Part shown: positions 9,701 through 19,925 of the stretch, piece by piece | How the letters are laid out: each line of letters starts with the position of its first letter | Numbering within the stretch: position 1 is the stretch's first letter | NCBI GenBank assembly: GCA_026999335.1 | Contig: JALTPW010000176.1 | Coordinates: 1-34,686 of the forward strand | Reading direction: 5' to 3' | DNA from: Chromatiales bacterium | GTDB lineage: Bacteria; Pseudomonadota; Gammaproteobacteria; SZUA-152 | Length of the DNA: 34,686 bases | Notes under the pieces: model-generated | The model's database searches: none | Seen by the model: the letters and a program-made list of their open reading frames with translations, nothing else | What the model was told of the DNA's origin: nothing | Made by a program: the position numbers and the translations under genes

Positions 9701-10126
9701 ATGATTAACAAGGTTATTGAGCGTACACCAATCCACCAAGTTTATGACGCGGTTGCAAATAAGCCGTCGAAAACTTGGGTTGTGCCTGTAAACGAGCAGT
9801 GGAAATTGAATTTTCTACATGTTATTTATACCTCTGATGCAACGACTGGCAACCGTCAAATTATGCTTGAAATTATTGACTCAGATGGAAACGTACTTGC
9901 GAACCATGTTGCGGGCGCTGTGCAAGCTGCAAGTTTGGTGCGCCACTATAGTTTTATCCAGGGGATTTATCGTGAAACATCATTTATTGGCGACGAGATT
10001 CAAGTGCCGATTCCTCAAGATTTGTATCTTGGCCCTGGCTATTCGCTACGGGTATCTGACAAGAATTCAATCTCGGCCCTCGACGACACCATTGTGTCGT
10101 TCCAGGTGAAGCGATTTACTGTTTAA
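9701..10126 (+). CDS. Hypothetical protein (probably structural)
   Basis: GGGGG RBS; 141-aa ORF filling the gap in the tail operon. Confidence 0.6.
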   Translation: MINKVIERTPIHQVYDAVANKPSKTWVVPVNEQWKLNFLHVIYTSDATTGNRQIMLEIIDSDGNVLANHVAGAVQAASLVRHYSFIQGIYRETSFIGDEIQVPIPQDLYLGPGYSLRVSDKNSISALDDTIVSFQVKRFTV

Positions 10127-10127
10127 G

Positions 10128-11525
10128 ATGCAAATTCCGATTCTCAACGGTATTTACACGGACGAGGCTTCTGAGTTTCGCACGTCGTACCCTGTGAATA
10201 TGGTTCCAGTGCCAAAGCAGCAGGGCATAAGCAACGGCTACTTACGCCCGGCTGAGGGAGTTCAGTTGCTGACCACTGGTCCTGGAATTGACCGCGGAGG
10301 AGTAAACTGGCGAGGCCTGCACTATCGTGTTATGGGGAGTAAACTTGTCCGCATTGACGTCGCTGGTACCATTGTTGAGTTGGGTGATGTCGATACTGGT
10401 GGCTTGGTATCGCTTGACTATTCATTTGACCGGTTGGCCATCGCGTCGAACGGTAAATTATTTTATTGGGACGGCGCCACGCTAAAACAAGTCGTAGATC
10501 CTGACTTAGGCATCGTAAAGGACGTTATTTGGGTCGACGGCTACTTTATGACAACTGACGGTTCATATCTAGTGGTGACTGAGCTTAATGACCCGTTCTC
10601 AGTGTTAGCAACGAAGTATGGTTCATCTGAGGTTGATCCAGACCCAATTATGGCTATTAAGAAAGTGCGCAACGAACCGCACGCGATCAACCGCTACACG
10701 ATTGAGGCCTTTGACAACGTCGGTGGAACCGGCTTTCCATTTAGACGCATCGACGGTGCACAAATTAACCGTGGGTCAGTTGGCACCAAAGCCTGTTGTA
10801 ACTATCTTGGCGGGCTCGCCATTCTTGGCGGTGGCCGCAATGAGCCAATTTCTGTGTGGCTTGCGTCAAATGGCCAAACGACAAAAATCGCGACTAGGGA
10901 AATCGATCGGCTGCTTAGTAACTACAGTGAATCAACGTTATCAACAGTACTCGTTGAACCCAGAACGGTTGATGGGCATGAGTGGCTTTATGTCCATCTC
11001 CCTGACCAAACTTTGTGCTACGATGCCGAAGCGTCAAAAGTACTTGGGCAGCATGTTTGGTTTGTCTTATCATCTGGAAGCGGCGGTGTTGACCAATATC
11101 GAGCGCGGAATTTTGTTTTTGTCCACGATGCGTGGCATGTCAGCGACCCACAACAACCGTCTATTGGCACGACGACATTGAAAGATGCCAAGCATTGGGG
11201 CCGCGATGTGGCGTGGGAAGTGTCAACACCAATTATCTACGCCCCGCCAGGAGGCGCGATCTTCCACGAACTTGAGCTGGTGTGCCTTTCTGGTAGAACT
11301 GAGTTTGGTAAAGATTCAATGATTTCTACGTCGTACTCACTTGACGGTGTAACATGGAGCATGGAACGTAGCATTAACGCTGGAAAAACTGGGCAGCGTA
11401 CTAAGCGGCTCATTTGGTTGAACCAGGGCGCGACGCGCAACTGGCGTATCCAACGATTTCGTGGTGACAGTCGCGCGCGGCTGTCAATTGCGCGCCTTGA
11501 AGCACGTGTAGAGGCGTTAGCGTAA
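10128..11525 (+). CDS. P22 gp10-like DNA stabilisation / tail hub protein
   Basis: 465 aa; YPVNMVPVPK..ISNGYLR, RGGVNWRG..YRVMGSKL, YGSSEVDPD; size and synteny. Confidence 0.85.
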   Translation: MQIPILNGIYTDEASEFRTSYPVNMVPVPKQQGISNGYLRPAEGVQLLTTGPGIDRGGVNWRGLHYRVMGSKLVRIDVAGTIVELGDVDTGGLVSLDYSFDRLAIASNGKLFYWDGATLKQVVDPDLGIVKDVIWVDGYFMTTDGSYLVVTELNDPFSVLATKYGSSEVDPDPIMAIKKVRNEPHAINRYTIEAFDNVGGTGFPFRRIDGAQINRGSVGTKACCNYLGGLAILGGGRNEPISVWLASNGQTTKIATREIDRLLSNYSESTLSTVLVEPRTVDGHEWLYVHLPDQTLCYDAEASKVLGQHVWFVLSSGSGGVDQYRARNFVFVHDAWHVSDPQQPSIGTTTLKDAKHWGRDVAWEVSTPIIYAPPGGAIFHELELVCLSGRTEFGKDSMISTSYSLDGVTWSMERSINAGKTGQRTKRLIWLNQGATRNWRIQRFRGDSRARLSIARLEARVEALA

Positions 11526-12049
11526 TGTCAACTGACACTGATCCCAGGCCTCTAACTAGACGCGAGCTGTCGGAGTTTTTACCGAGTCAAAGGGCAGTGC
11601 GCGCGTTTGAGCAGCTTTTTGACGTTATTCCTAATGATGTTAATTCGTTGCAAAGTCAGCTAAACGACGTTGAGGTAGTGGCTGGTACCGCCACCGCCAT
11701 CGCACAACAAGCGATATCACTTTTGCAGCAGATTACTGAGGCGTTAGAACAGCTTGTAGTGAGAGGTGATGTAGAAGACTACTATGGCGAAGAGGATACT
11801 GTTCTTAACCAGAGGCTTGAGATTGGCTCGATTGCTGCGCAAAGTAGTGATGATGTCGAAATTAGTGGTGGCACTATTACGGCAAAGTTGTCTGATGACA
11901 CAGCGATTTTACTAAGGTCGTCGACATCACTTAGTGATGCTAGTGGAGCTAACTCAGCATCACTTACCAATTCTCCGGTTGCTGGAAATCCTACTAAGTG
12001 GGTAGCGATCGATGATAACGGCGTAACAAGATACATTCCAACGTGGTGA
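11525..12049 (+). CDS. Hypothetical tail protein (tail needle/plug-like position)
   Basis: TAATG coupling to gp10-like gene; central coiled coil; C-terminal GNPTKWVAIDDNGVTRYIPTW. Confidence 0.55.
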   Translation: MSTDTDPRPLTRRELSEFLPSQRAVRAFEQLFDVIPNDVNSLQSQLNDVEVVAGTATAIAQQAISLLQQITEALEQLVVRGDVEDYYGEEDTVLNQRLEIGSIAAQSSDDVEISGGTITAKLSDDTAILLRSSTSLSDASGANSASLTNSPVAGNPTKWVAIDDNGVTRYIPTW

Positions 12050-12053
12050 GATT

Positions 12054-12386
12054 ATGGCAATAGTAATTGAAAACATCGTCCCCGCTAAACAAGTTGAAAA
12101 CACGCAAACAACACAGTATACGTCTAGTGGCGTCAAAACGATCATCGATAAGTTTACCGTCACAAATACGTCTGCGTCAGATGTGGCATTTACATGTCAC
12201 CTGGTTGCGTTAGGAGATGCTGCTGGCGACAGCAATAAAGTCGTAAGTCGTACTATTCTCGCAGGAAAAACAGACCGGTTTCCAGAGCTGGTTGGACAAG
12301 TTTTAGAAGACGGTGATTTCATTTCAACTTTAGCTGGGGCGGCGTCGTCACTTACGTTACGCGTGTCAGGCCGCAAAATATCATAA
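12054..12386 (+). CDS. Hypothetical virion protein
   Basis: 110-aa beta-rich ORF (IIDKFTVTN...PELVGQVL..GDFIS) in the operon. Confidence 0.65.
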   Translation: MAIVIENIVPAKQVENTQTTQYTSSGVKTIIDKFTVTNTSASDVAFTCHLVALGDAAGDSNKVVSRTILAGKTDRFPELVGQVLEDGDFISTLAGAASSLTLRVSGRKIS

Positions 12387-12398
12387 AGGGGATTTAGC

Positions 12399-13037
12399 AT
12401 GGCTGGAATTGACGAGGCTTTTTGGATTAGTAGCGCGCTGCTTGGCGGCAACCTGCTTAGCTCACGCGCGCAGAGCCGAGCGGCTAGGCAAGCTTCTGCT
12501 GAGCAGACACGTGCGTCGCTGCTAGGATTGGCCGAACAAAAAAGGCAGTTTGACGCCGTCCAAGAACTGTTACGCCCATACGTCGCCGCTGGCACAACTG
12601 CTTTTGAGCGGCAACAGGCTATTTCAGGAGTCTTAGGACCGGAGGCGCAACAACAAGCGCTACAACAAGTAGAGCAATTGCCGTATTTTCAAGGGTTGGT
12701 GCAGCAAGGTGAAGAAGCGATTTTGCAGAACGCAGCGGCCACCGGTGGCCTACGCGGTGGCAATGTACAAGAAGCACTGGCTCGATTTCGCCCACAACTA
12801 TTGGCGCAAACGATTCAGCAGCAGTACCAGCAGTTAGGTGGCATTTCACGGCTTGGTCAAGCAAGTGCTACAGGTCAAGCCGCTGCCGGTGAACAGTTTG
12901 GCGGCAATGTCGCTAATCTATTCGGGCAGATTGGGCAGGCACAAGCTGGAGCACGGCTCGCGCAGGGTCAAGCCAATGCTAACGTAGGCAATGCTATCAG
13001 TCAATTAGCATTGTTAAAAGCACTGGGAGCGTTCTAA
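12399..13037 (+). CDS. DNA ejection protein, P22 gp7-like
   Basis: Gly/Ala/Gln-rich; LRPYVAAG, ILQNAAATGGLRGGN motif; first of three coupled genes. Confidence 0.8.
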   Translation: MAGIDEAFWISSALLGGNLLSSRAQSRAARQASAEQTRASLLGLAEQKRQFDAVQELLRPYVAAGTTAFERQQAISGVLGPEAQQQALQQVEQLPYFQGLVQQGEEAILQNAAATGGLRGGNVQEALARFRPQLLAQTIQQQYQQLGGISRLGQASATGQAAAGEQFGGNVANLFGQIGQAQAGARLAQGQANANVGNAISQLALLKALGAF

Positions 13038-14353
13038 TGGCACAACCGATGAATTACATGTTGAACTTGCCGGGCCCAATGCAACAGCTCGGCCAGGCAA
13101 TTAACTTGACTGCTGGACTCGAAAAGTTGCGCGAGGCAAGGATGTCGCGCAAGTTGACATCGGCGTTGGATGAAATGTTGAATACCGATTTGCAGACTGT
13201 GTCCAATAATCCGACGCCGCGTGCTATCGCATCGCTTATGGTTAAATACCCTCAGCTTGCCCAGCAGTTCAAACCGGCGTACGAAGCCCTTAGTGCTGAG
13301 GAGCAAAAGGTTCAGCTTGGCCAGGCGAGTAATGTCTACGCAGCGCTTGAGTCAGGCAATTTAGACGTTGCCACAAGGTTGCTCAGCCAGCAGGCCGAAG
13401 CGTACCGCAATTCAGGGTTGCACCAACGTGCGAAAATGGCGGAGGACATGTTGAAACTGATTGAGATTAGCCCGGCAACTGCTAAGGCCTCGATTGGATT
13501 GTACCTTTCATCTGTGATGGGGCCAGAAAAGTTTACAGATACGTTCGCAAAACTGAGCTCTGAACGTCGAGAAGCCGAGCTGTTCATTCCTAAATTACAA
13601 GAGCAGCAGGCCAAAGCGCGGAAGGCGTTGATTGAAGCAGATTACGCTGAATCCCAACAGGCTGCGGAGTTGGCGCGAAAGGGCTGGGACATTTATAAGC
13701 TCGCGTCGGACGCCGCTATTGACCGTGAAAACAGCCGTATTGCTGCCATAAATGCTAGGCTGCAACGTGAGCAAAACGAGCTAAAGCGGCGGGAGCTAGA
13801 GCTTAAGCTTGAAGCAGCAAAACGAAAGCGGGACGAGGAAATGCGCACAAAATCTTCGGCACTAGAAGCTGCGCGCGCTGGCATCGATAACTCGTTGAGT
13901 GTAATTGATCGGCTGCTGCGAAACCCTGAGCTTGACAATATCTTGGGCGCTGTAGAGGGCAGCAGATTCTACCCAAGCACATTGGTTGGACTTATCTCGC
14001 CATTTGCCGACGCAGATAAACGCGCTGATGCGTTGGCTGATATTGAGACAATTCAGTCGCAAGCATTCCTAAACAACTTGATGGACGCAAAGGCCAAAGG
14101 TGCGACGTTCGGCGCGCTCACTGAGAGGGAAGGCGAGCGTCTTGTCAACTACGTGCGCAGCCTAAAGACGAGGCAAAGTGAGCAGCAATTTAGGCGTAAC
14201 CTTGCCGAGATTCAGCGGTTGTTGCTTAAGTCGCGCCAACGACTGGCTGACAAGTACGGCGTCCCTGAGTCAGTGCCCGATACCCCTGAGGCGGTGCCAT
14301 CACCGGCTGAAATCCAACAATTGGTTGATAAGTACGCAACTGGAGTTAAGTAA
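13037..14353 (+). CDS. DNA ejection protein (gp20-like position)
   Basis: Helical, coiled coil, GATFGALTEREG; TAATG coupling on both sides. Confidence 0.65.
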   Translation: MAQPMNYMLNLPGPMQQLGQAINLTAGLEKLREARMSRKLTSALDEMLNTDLQTVSNNPTPRAIASLMVKYPQLAQQFKPAYEALSAEEQKVQLGQASNVYAALESGNLDVATRLLSQQAEAYRNSGLHQRAKMAEDMLKLIEISPATAKASIGLYLSSVMGPEKFTDTFAKLSSERREAELFIPKLQEQQAKARKALIEADYAESQQAAELARKGWDIYKLASDAAIDRENSRIAAINARLQREQNELKRRELELKLEAAKRKRDEEMRTKSSALEAARAGIDNSLSVIDRLLRNPELDNILGAVEGSRFYPSTLVGLISPFADADKRADALADIETIQSQAFLNNLMDAKAKGATFGALTEREGERLVNYVRSLKTRQSEQQFRRNLAEIQRLLLKSRQRLADKYGVPESVPDTPEAVPSPAEIQQLVDKYATGVK

Positions 14354-16233
14354 TGGCGACACTGCAACAATTACAACAGGCTTATGATGGCGCTGTTCGT
14401 GCCGGTGATATGGACGCGGCACGTAAACTTAAGGTCGTAATCGACCGCGAACTGACCCGCCGCGAAGACACTCCGGCCATCGCGGCGACCGAGCAGATTC
14501 CTGATATTGGCTCTGCACAAGTGCCTGGAACGCAGCCGCAAATCGATCCGTCAACTAGTGAAAAGTTAATTGGCGTAGGCGAAGCCGGTTTGACTGCTGC
14601 GACTGGGATGACGACCGGCACACTTGGCATGCTCGGCGCTACGCTTAAAGCTCTTGCCGAACAGATATTAGCAGGAAAGTTTGGTACGATTGAAAGCGCC
14701 GATGTTGTCGAGCAGCAAGCGCTGGAGGGACTTGAGAAATTCACTTACGTCCCACGTACTGACGTCGGCAAGCAATATGTGAAGAACGTTGGTGAGACGC
14801 TCGGCCCATTGCAAGCGTTACCCATCACAGCTGAACTGCAGGCCCCTGTTAAGGCAGTACAAGCGGTTGGGCAACAAGCACCGGCAAGAACATCTAACCT
14901 TGTCCAGCGTCTAAATGAGACAATCGTTCGCAGTAGACAGGACAAGCAGCAACCTTCCCCACTGGCTCGTGAGGCTGCTGGGGCTGCGCCTGTTGTTGAT
15001 GAGGCACTACGTCGTCAACAAGCCGAGAATTTGCCGGCACCCATTAAGCTAACAAAGGGGCAAGCAGCTCGTGATTACGCACAGCTACGCTTTGAACGTG
15101 AAATTGCTAAGGACCCTGAGCTAGGCGAACCTATTCGACGCCGTTTAGCTGAGCAGAATCTACAACTGCAACAAAACTTTGACGCGTTTATTGACATGGT
15201 CGGAGCTGAGCTCACTGATCTACGCGATATCGGCGAGACGATAAATAAATCGATTCGTGCTCGCGCGGCAAAGGACAAAGCCAAGATCCGACAGTTGTAC
15301 AAGAAAGCTGAAAAGGCTGGTGAGCTTGAGGTGCCAGTTGTGTTGTCCGACTTTGCTCAGCACCTGCAAGAGTCAGCGCCTGAGGCCGAGGTGGCTAACG
15401 TACTTAAGGCTGTTAAAAAGAAGGCTCTGCAGCTCGGCGCTATTGACGAAGGACCAAACGGGGAATTAACTCCGAAGCCAATCTCGCTGAAGAACGCTGA
15501 GCTCTTACGTCGTAGCATTAATGCCGTAACTGACCGTGAGCCGACGAACGTTAGGCAGGCGTCGATCATGAAAAAGCTAATTGATGAGGCGACCGAAGGC
15601 AAGGGTGGTGAGGCGTACCGTGCCGCTCGCGGGGCGCGTGCACGTTACGCTCGGGATTACGAAAATATCGGGTTGATCGCTAACTTACTCGGAACTAAGC
15701 GTGGATCAACCGATAGGCAAATTGCGTTGGAGGAAGTAGTTAGAAAGGCGGTACTTGCTCCGACTACGCCAGCTGAGTCCACTAGACAGCTGCGCCGCAT
15801 CCTTCAGACGGCCGGGGATGATGGAAAGCAGGCGTGGAAGGAACTGCAGGGCGCGGTCCTCCGCCATATCCAAGATCAAATTACGTCTAATGTCCAAGTT
15901 GACCAAGCCGGAAATCGCGTTGTATCGCCGGCTAGGCTAGACCGCCTGATTTCTCAGCTTGACCGCAGTGGTAAGCTAGAATTACTGTATGGCAAGAAAG
16001 GAGCTGAGCAGTTGCGAACAATTCGCGACGTAGCGATTGATGTGCTGACTACGCCGCCAGGAGTAGTCAACACAAGCAACACGGCCAGTGTGCTTGCCGG
16101 TTTGATGGATATTGCGATTAGTGGTACGGCCGGCGTACCGGCCCCGGTAATGACGAGTTTTAGGTTGTTGACTAAGTCGATACGTGACGCTAAACTGCGC
16201 GCGAAAGTTAAACAGGCACTGGGAGATCAATGA
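14353..16233 (+). CDS. DNA ejection protein (gp16-like position)
   Basis: 626 aa, Ala/Gln-rich helical, LTKGQA and VNTSNTA motifs; third in the ejection trio. Confidence 0.65.
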   Translation: MATLQQLQQAYDGAVRAGDMDAARKLKVVIDRELTRREDTPAIAATEQIPDIGSAQVPGTQPQIDPSTSEKLIGVGEAGLTAATGMTTGTLGMLGATLKALAEQILAGKFGTIESADVVEQQALEGLEKFTYVPRTDVGKQYVKNVGETLGPLQALPITAELQAPVKAVQAVGQQAPARTSNLVQRLNETIVRSRQDKQQPSPLAREAAGAAPVVDEALRRQQAENLPAPIKLTKGQAARDYAQLRFEREIAKDPELGEPIRRRLAEQNLQLQQNFDAFIDMVGAELTDLRDIGETINKSIRARAAKDKAKIRQLYKKAEKAGELEVPVVLSDFAQHLQESAPEAEVANVLKAVKKKALQLGAIDEGPNGELTPKPISLKNAELLRRSINAVTDREPTNVRQASIMKKLIDEATEGKGGEAYRAARGARARYARDYENIGLIANLLGTKRGSTDRQIALEEVVRKAVLAPTTPAESTRQLRRILQTAGDDGKQAWKELQGAVLRHIQDQITSNVQVDQAGNRVVSPARLDRLISQLDRSGKLELLYGKKGAEQLRTIRDVAIDVLTTPPGVVNTSNTASVLAGLMDIAISGTAGVPAPVMTSFRLLTKSIRDAKLRAKVKQALGDQ

Positions 16234-16234
16234 T

Positions 16235-18550
16235 ATGCCGTCGCAAATACGCCAACCGTATAATTTTTTTACTGACGCTGCCGGCCATGCAATTGAATAT
16301 GGGCTGGTGTATATCGGAAAAGCCGGCTTAGAGCCATCATCGCATGATATTCCAATTTATTGGGATCCAAATTTGACTGTTCCTGCTAAACAACCGTTGG
16401 AGATTAAGGACGGATTATTGAGCAGGGATGGGTCGCCCGGTGTTGTATTTACTCCTGAGCCTGACTATTCTATTAAGGTAGTTGATAAGTCGGGCAACGT
16501 TATTTACAGTGAATTACATGCGTCACTTGTTAACGGACAAGTAATTGCTACTGGATACATAAAGATCGTTGATTCAATTGCTGCATTACGTAATGAGGAA
16601 CCTGTTTATGACGGGCAAGAAGTAGAATTATTGGGCCATTCAGTGCCTGGTAAGGGCGGGGGTACGTTTTTCTATGATGCGTCTGATACCTCATCATCGG
16701 ATGATAACGGGACTGTTATTGTTACGCCATCAGGAGCGCGTTGGAAACGCAAAGTAGCGTCATACATAACACCGTATGATTTTGGCGCATCTGGAATTGC
16801 TGGTGTCGACGATTATGCGGCGCTAAAGAGCGCGATGTTAGCGACTTACCCTTTGTTGATACCGCATGGAACGTTCGAGATGTCTGGGTGGCTTCCGGTG
16901 CCATCGAACAAAGTGGTTAAATTTGATGGGTGGTTGAAAGTCGTTAATCCAGTTCCACAGTACGAAGCTGCGCTGACGATGTCGACGCAATTGAACGGAT
17001 TTCAATCGAAAGACGTAGTAATTATTAATCCGCAGATAGATATGAACTATGCGCCGGCGGGCAACGGGATCATATTCAGAGATGGTACCGAAAACGTCCG
17101 CGTAATTGGTGGGAGAATTAAAAATTGTGCCCATGATAAAAATGGGTACGGCGGAGGACGAGCTTTCAACGTTGAGGCTGGCACTTCTGATGTGTCTATT
17201 CCCTCTAACATCCAAGTTACTGGCGCCACAATAGAGAATTGTTACCAAGCAATTAACGTGGCAGGAAATCAGGACAGCAAGGAAAAGAACATCATATTTT
17301 CCGGTATTTTGGCCTATAACTGCGAAATACTTATTGGCCTGTCTGGTAATAGCGTCGGGTTCCCACATAGTGGCGACATTGCGGGTTGTTTTATTTCTGG
17401 TGTAACAGCGTTCAATGTTGGAAATTCTACGACGTACGCAAGACCGCACGGCATAATTAATTCTAACAGAGGATGTAACGCCGTTATAACTGACATCAAG
17501 GTGTACAATGACGCAACTTATTCAACATCAGGGAACGGCGTCGGGTCAGTTTTTATGGGTGAAGCAGCTAATGTGACACTTGATAACATTGATGTCGACG
17601 GCGATCTGATCGATGTCGTAAATATCAACTCGTACGCGGAAGTTGATGCTTTGCCTGTTTATAAGTACGGGTCGAGAGGGTTAAGATTTCGAATTACACA
17701 CCGCGGTGTAACTCAAAATACCATTAATTACGCGTATACATACGATCCTACGCTTACGGAAACGGAAGGTGACTCAAATCCGTCAAATTGCGTATTTGAT
17801 ATCGATACTGAACAAGTAGCATCTGATTTGCCACTGCCTGCAACGGTGGCGAGCTACCCGTCACTCTATGTTAAATTGCGTGAAGTCACAAATAATGCGT
17901 ACTGGGAAGGTTTCGCGGAGCAATTACAATCAGAGAAATTCTCCAATTTCTCAAACGCGAAATACTTTGGCGCGCCTATCACGATAAGCGACGGCGCTAA
18001 TAATAGATCCGGCGGCCTCTCAATTAGGAGTTTTGCGCCAGTTCTGAGGTTTAAGGACCTGTCAACTTCTGCGCATTGGTGGGAGGCGTACGTTGACGGA
18101 AATTTATTCCACATGGGCATCAGTGTTGATAGCGGCGCAACCTGGAATGAGTACTTTACATTCGCCCCAAATTATTTCAAACCGTTCAATACCAACAGTG
18201 TTGATTTGGGGCAGAGCGGTGTAAGCTCATGGCGCAATTTGTTCGTGCAGAATCCGGTCACAGTTACGTCTGATGCACGTACGAAGAAAAATGTGATCAA
18301 TGAAAACCTGGGATTGGACTTTATAATGAAGCTAAGACCGGTTCAGTATAACCACGTTGACGATGACGGCCACGTCCACCATGGATTGATAGCGCAAGAA
18401 CTTAGGGATGTTTTACGTGGATTCGGCCTCAGTAATACGATATACGACGATCCGGAAGTTGGGTACATGTCTATCAGGTACGAGGAACTTATCCCGATAA
18501 TCATCAAAGCGATACAGGAGATGGTACGGCGTGGATCAAACGATAATTAA
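16235..18550 (+). CDS. Tailspike: P22-like head-binding domain, beta-helix depolymerase, S74 intramolecular chaperone
   Basis: ATG 16235 after GGAG; FTDAAGHAIEYGLVYIG head-binding motif; DDNGTVIV...RWKR, TPYDFGA..DD entry to beta-helix; Asn/Ile/Gly-rich repeats; C-terminal TSDARTKKNV...HGLIAQE...IRYEELIPIIIKAIQE. Confidence 0.85.
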   Translation: MPSQIRQPYNFFTDAAGHAIEYGLVYIGKAGLEPSSHDIPIYWDPNLTVPAKQPLEIKDGLLSRDGSPGVVFTPEPDYSIKVVDKSGNVIYSELHASLVNGQVIATGYIKIVDSIAALRNEEPVYDGQEVELLGHSVPGKGGGTFFYDASDTSSSDDNGTVIVTPSGARWKRKVASYITPYDFGASGIAGVDDYAALKSAMLATYPLLIPHGTFEMSGWLPVPSNKVVKFDGWLKVVNPVPQYEAALTMSTQLNGFQSKDVVIINPQIDMNYAPAGNGIIFRDGTENVRVIGGRIKNCAHDKNGYGGGRAFNVEAGTSDVSIPSNIQVTGATIENCYQAINVAGNQDSKEKNIIFSGILAYNCEILIGLSGNSVGFPHSGDIAGCFISGVTAFNVGNSTTYARPHGIINSNRGCNAVITDIKVYNDATYSTSGNGVGSVFMGEAANVTLDNIDVDGDLIDVVNINSYAEVDALPVYKYGSRGLRFRITHRGVTQNTINYAYTYDPTLTETEGDSNPSNCVFDIDTEQVASDLPLPATVASYPSLYVKLREVTNNAYWEGFAEQLQSEKFSNFSNAKYFGAPITISDGANNRSGGLSIRSFAPVLRFKDLSTSAHWWEAYVDGNLFHMGISVDSGATWNEYFTFAPNYFKPFNTNSVDLGQSGVSSWRNLFVQNPVTVTSDARTKKNVINENLGLDFIMKLRPVQYNHVDDDGHVHHGLIAQELRDVLRGFGLSNTIYDDPEVGYMSIRYEELIPIIIKAIQEMVRRGSNDN

Positions 18551-18785
18551 TTGGCTTTTAGGCTTGTTCGGCATGGTAATTGGTATTCTCATGCGATCAC
18601 TGTGGCAAGCGGTTCGCGATCTGCAAACTGCTGATAATAGCCTGGCCGAGAAAGTCAGTGCTGTAGAGGTCTTGGTTGCGGGGCAGTACGTTAAACGCGA
18701 CGACTTCAACAGGTTCTCCGAGGCAATGTTCAGAAAGTTGGACCGCATAGAAGACAAACTCGATGGCAAGATGGACAAGGAGTGA
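18531..18785 (+). CDS. Small membrane protein, holin/antiholin-like
   Basis: GTG start; one N-terminal TM helix plus coiled coil (YVKRDDF..KLDRIEDKLD); first gene of lysis cassette. Confidence 0.55.
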   Translation: MDQTIINWLLGLFGMVIGILMRSLWQAVRDLQTADNSLAEKVSAVEVLVAGQYVKRDDFNRFSEAMFRKLDRIEDKLDGKMDKE

Positions 18786-18788
18786 CTT

Positions 18789-19247
18789 ATGCTAGACTTA
18801 TTGAGCAGAGTCTTCGGAAGTGAGCGCGCGCTACAAAAGACCGTCGACAACGTGGCGCGTGGACTCGATGCCTTGGTTTACACTGACGAGGAACGCGCTG
18901 CGGCCGCCGCCAAGGATCGGTCAGAAGCCCGCGCCATGGTCGTCCAGTGGATGGCGGCGACGCAGGGACAGAATCTGGCACGACGGCTTATCGCATTAGC
19001 GGTCACGGCCACCTGGTTAGGAACGTATTTGATCGGTTTCGCGTTGAGCGCAGCTGCGGTTTTTGCGGACGACTCTGGAACCATCACAGCTGCTAAGTTG
19101 CAAGCCGCGTCGGAAATCGCGTCGCGGGCGTCGAGTGAAATGAACTCAGCGGTCATGTTGATTTTAGCATTCTACTTTGCCGCGCCCCACATGGGCACTC
19201 TGGCAAAGGCTGTTACTAACCGGTTTGCGTCAAAGGGGGTAAAGTAA
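18789..19247 (+). CDS. Putative holin
   Basis: AAGGAG RBS; two hydrophobic segments, ILAFYF motif; coupled to endolysin. Confidence 0.6.
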   Translation: MLDLLSRVFGSERALQKTVDNVARGLDALVYTDEERAAAAAKDRSEARAMVVQWMAATQGQNLARRLIALAVTATWLGTYLIGFALSAAAVFADDSGTITAAKLQAASEIASRASSEMNSAVMLILAFYFAAPHMGTLAKAVTNRFASKGVK

Positions 19248-19633
19248 TGTTTACATTCTCAAAACGTTCTCTCGAGAGAATGCGCGGCGTCGACCAGCGA
19301 CTTCAAGAGGTTGCCCACCGTGCTTTGCAAATCACCAAAATCGACTTCGGCATCCCTGAATTTGGTGGGCGCCGCTTAGCTGAAGAGCAATACAAGCTTT
19401 ACGTTGCCGGAAAAAGCAAGGCTGATGGGTACCTCAAGCGGAGTAATCACCAGGACGGGCGCGCGCTCGACGTCTATGCATACGTTGACAACCGCGCGTC
19501 ATGGGAGCGCGAACATCTAGCCATGGTGGCGGCCGCCATGCTGCAAGCGGCAGGTGAGTTAGGAGTTAGATTGCGCTGGGGTGGGTTGTGGCGAAGCTTT
19601 GAGGACTTACCGCATTTTGAGCTCGTTGATTAA
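19247..19633 (+). CDS. Endolysin, M15 family L-Ala-D-Glu peptidase (T5 Lys-like)
   Basis: FSKRS..RM.GV, DFGI..GGR, SNHQDGRALD, WGGLW..DLPHFEL zinc-peptidase motifs. Confidence 0.9.
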   Translation: MFTFSKRSLERMRGVDQRLQEVAHRALQITKIDFGIPEFGGRRLAEEQYKLYVAGKSKADGYLKRSNHQDGRALDVYAYVDNRASWEREHLAMVAAAMLQAAGELGVRLRWGGLWRSFEDLPHFELVD

Positions 19634-19663
19634 AGGCCCGGCCCGCGCTTCGTCAGTGTTAAT

Positions 19664-19921
19664 TCACCTGCCTCTCCCACCACCGGCATCTGTACGGCAT
19701 CGGTAATGGAAGGACTCACGCGGCTTTCGACGCCATGCCTTTGGCGTACCGGGGATCTGGATAGAACTTATCCGCCAGACGCAGTCCAGTTCCACGCGGC
19801 GGTCGCTCTGTCCGATAGCCCGGCCACCTGGCATAATTGGTGGCCCAGTTGACCACCCAAGGAGTTCACGTGGCCAGCACGTGAACATTACAATATACTC
19901 GAGCCATATAAATTGCCACAT
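19664..19921 (-). CDS. Hypothetical protein (last gene of minus-strand operon)
   Basis: ATG at 19921 lies 4 nt after the deaminase stop and fills the gap to the endolysin; no recognised motif. Confidence 0.35.
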   Translation of the reverse strand: MWQFIWLEYIVMFTCWPRELLGWSTGPPIMPGGRAIGQSDRRVELDCVWRISSIQIPGTPKAWRRKPRESFHYRCRTDAGGGRGR

Positions 19922-19925
19922 TTGC

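Noticed and set aside
19634-19663. Bidirectional terminator at the convergence of the two arms
   Set aside because: No convincing stem with U-tracts could be found.
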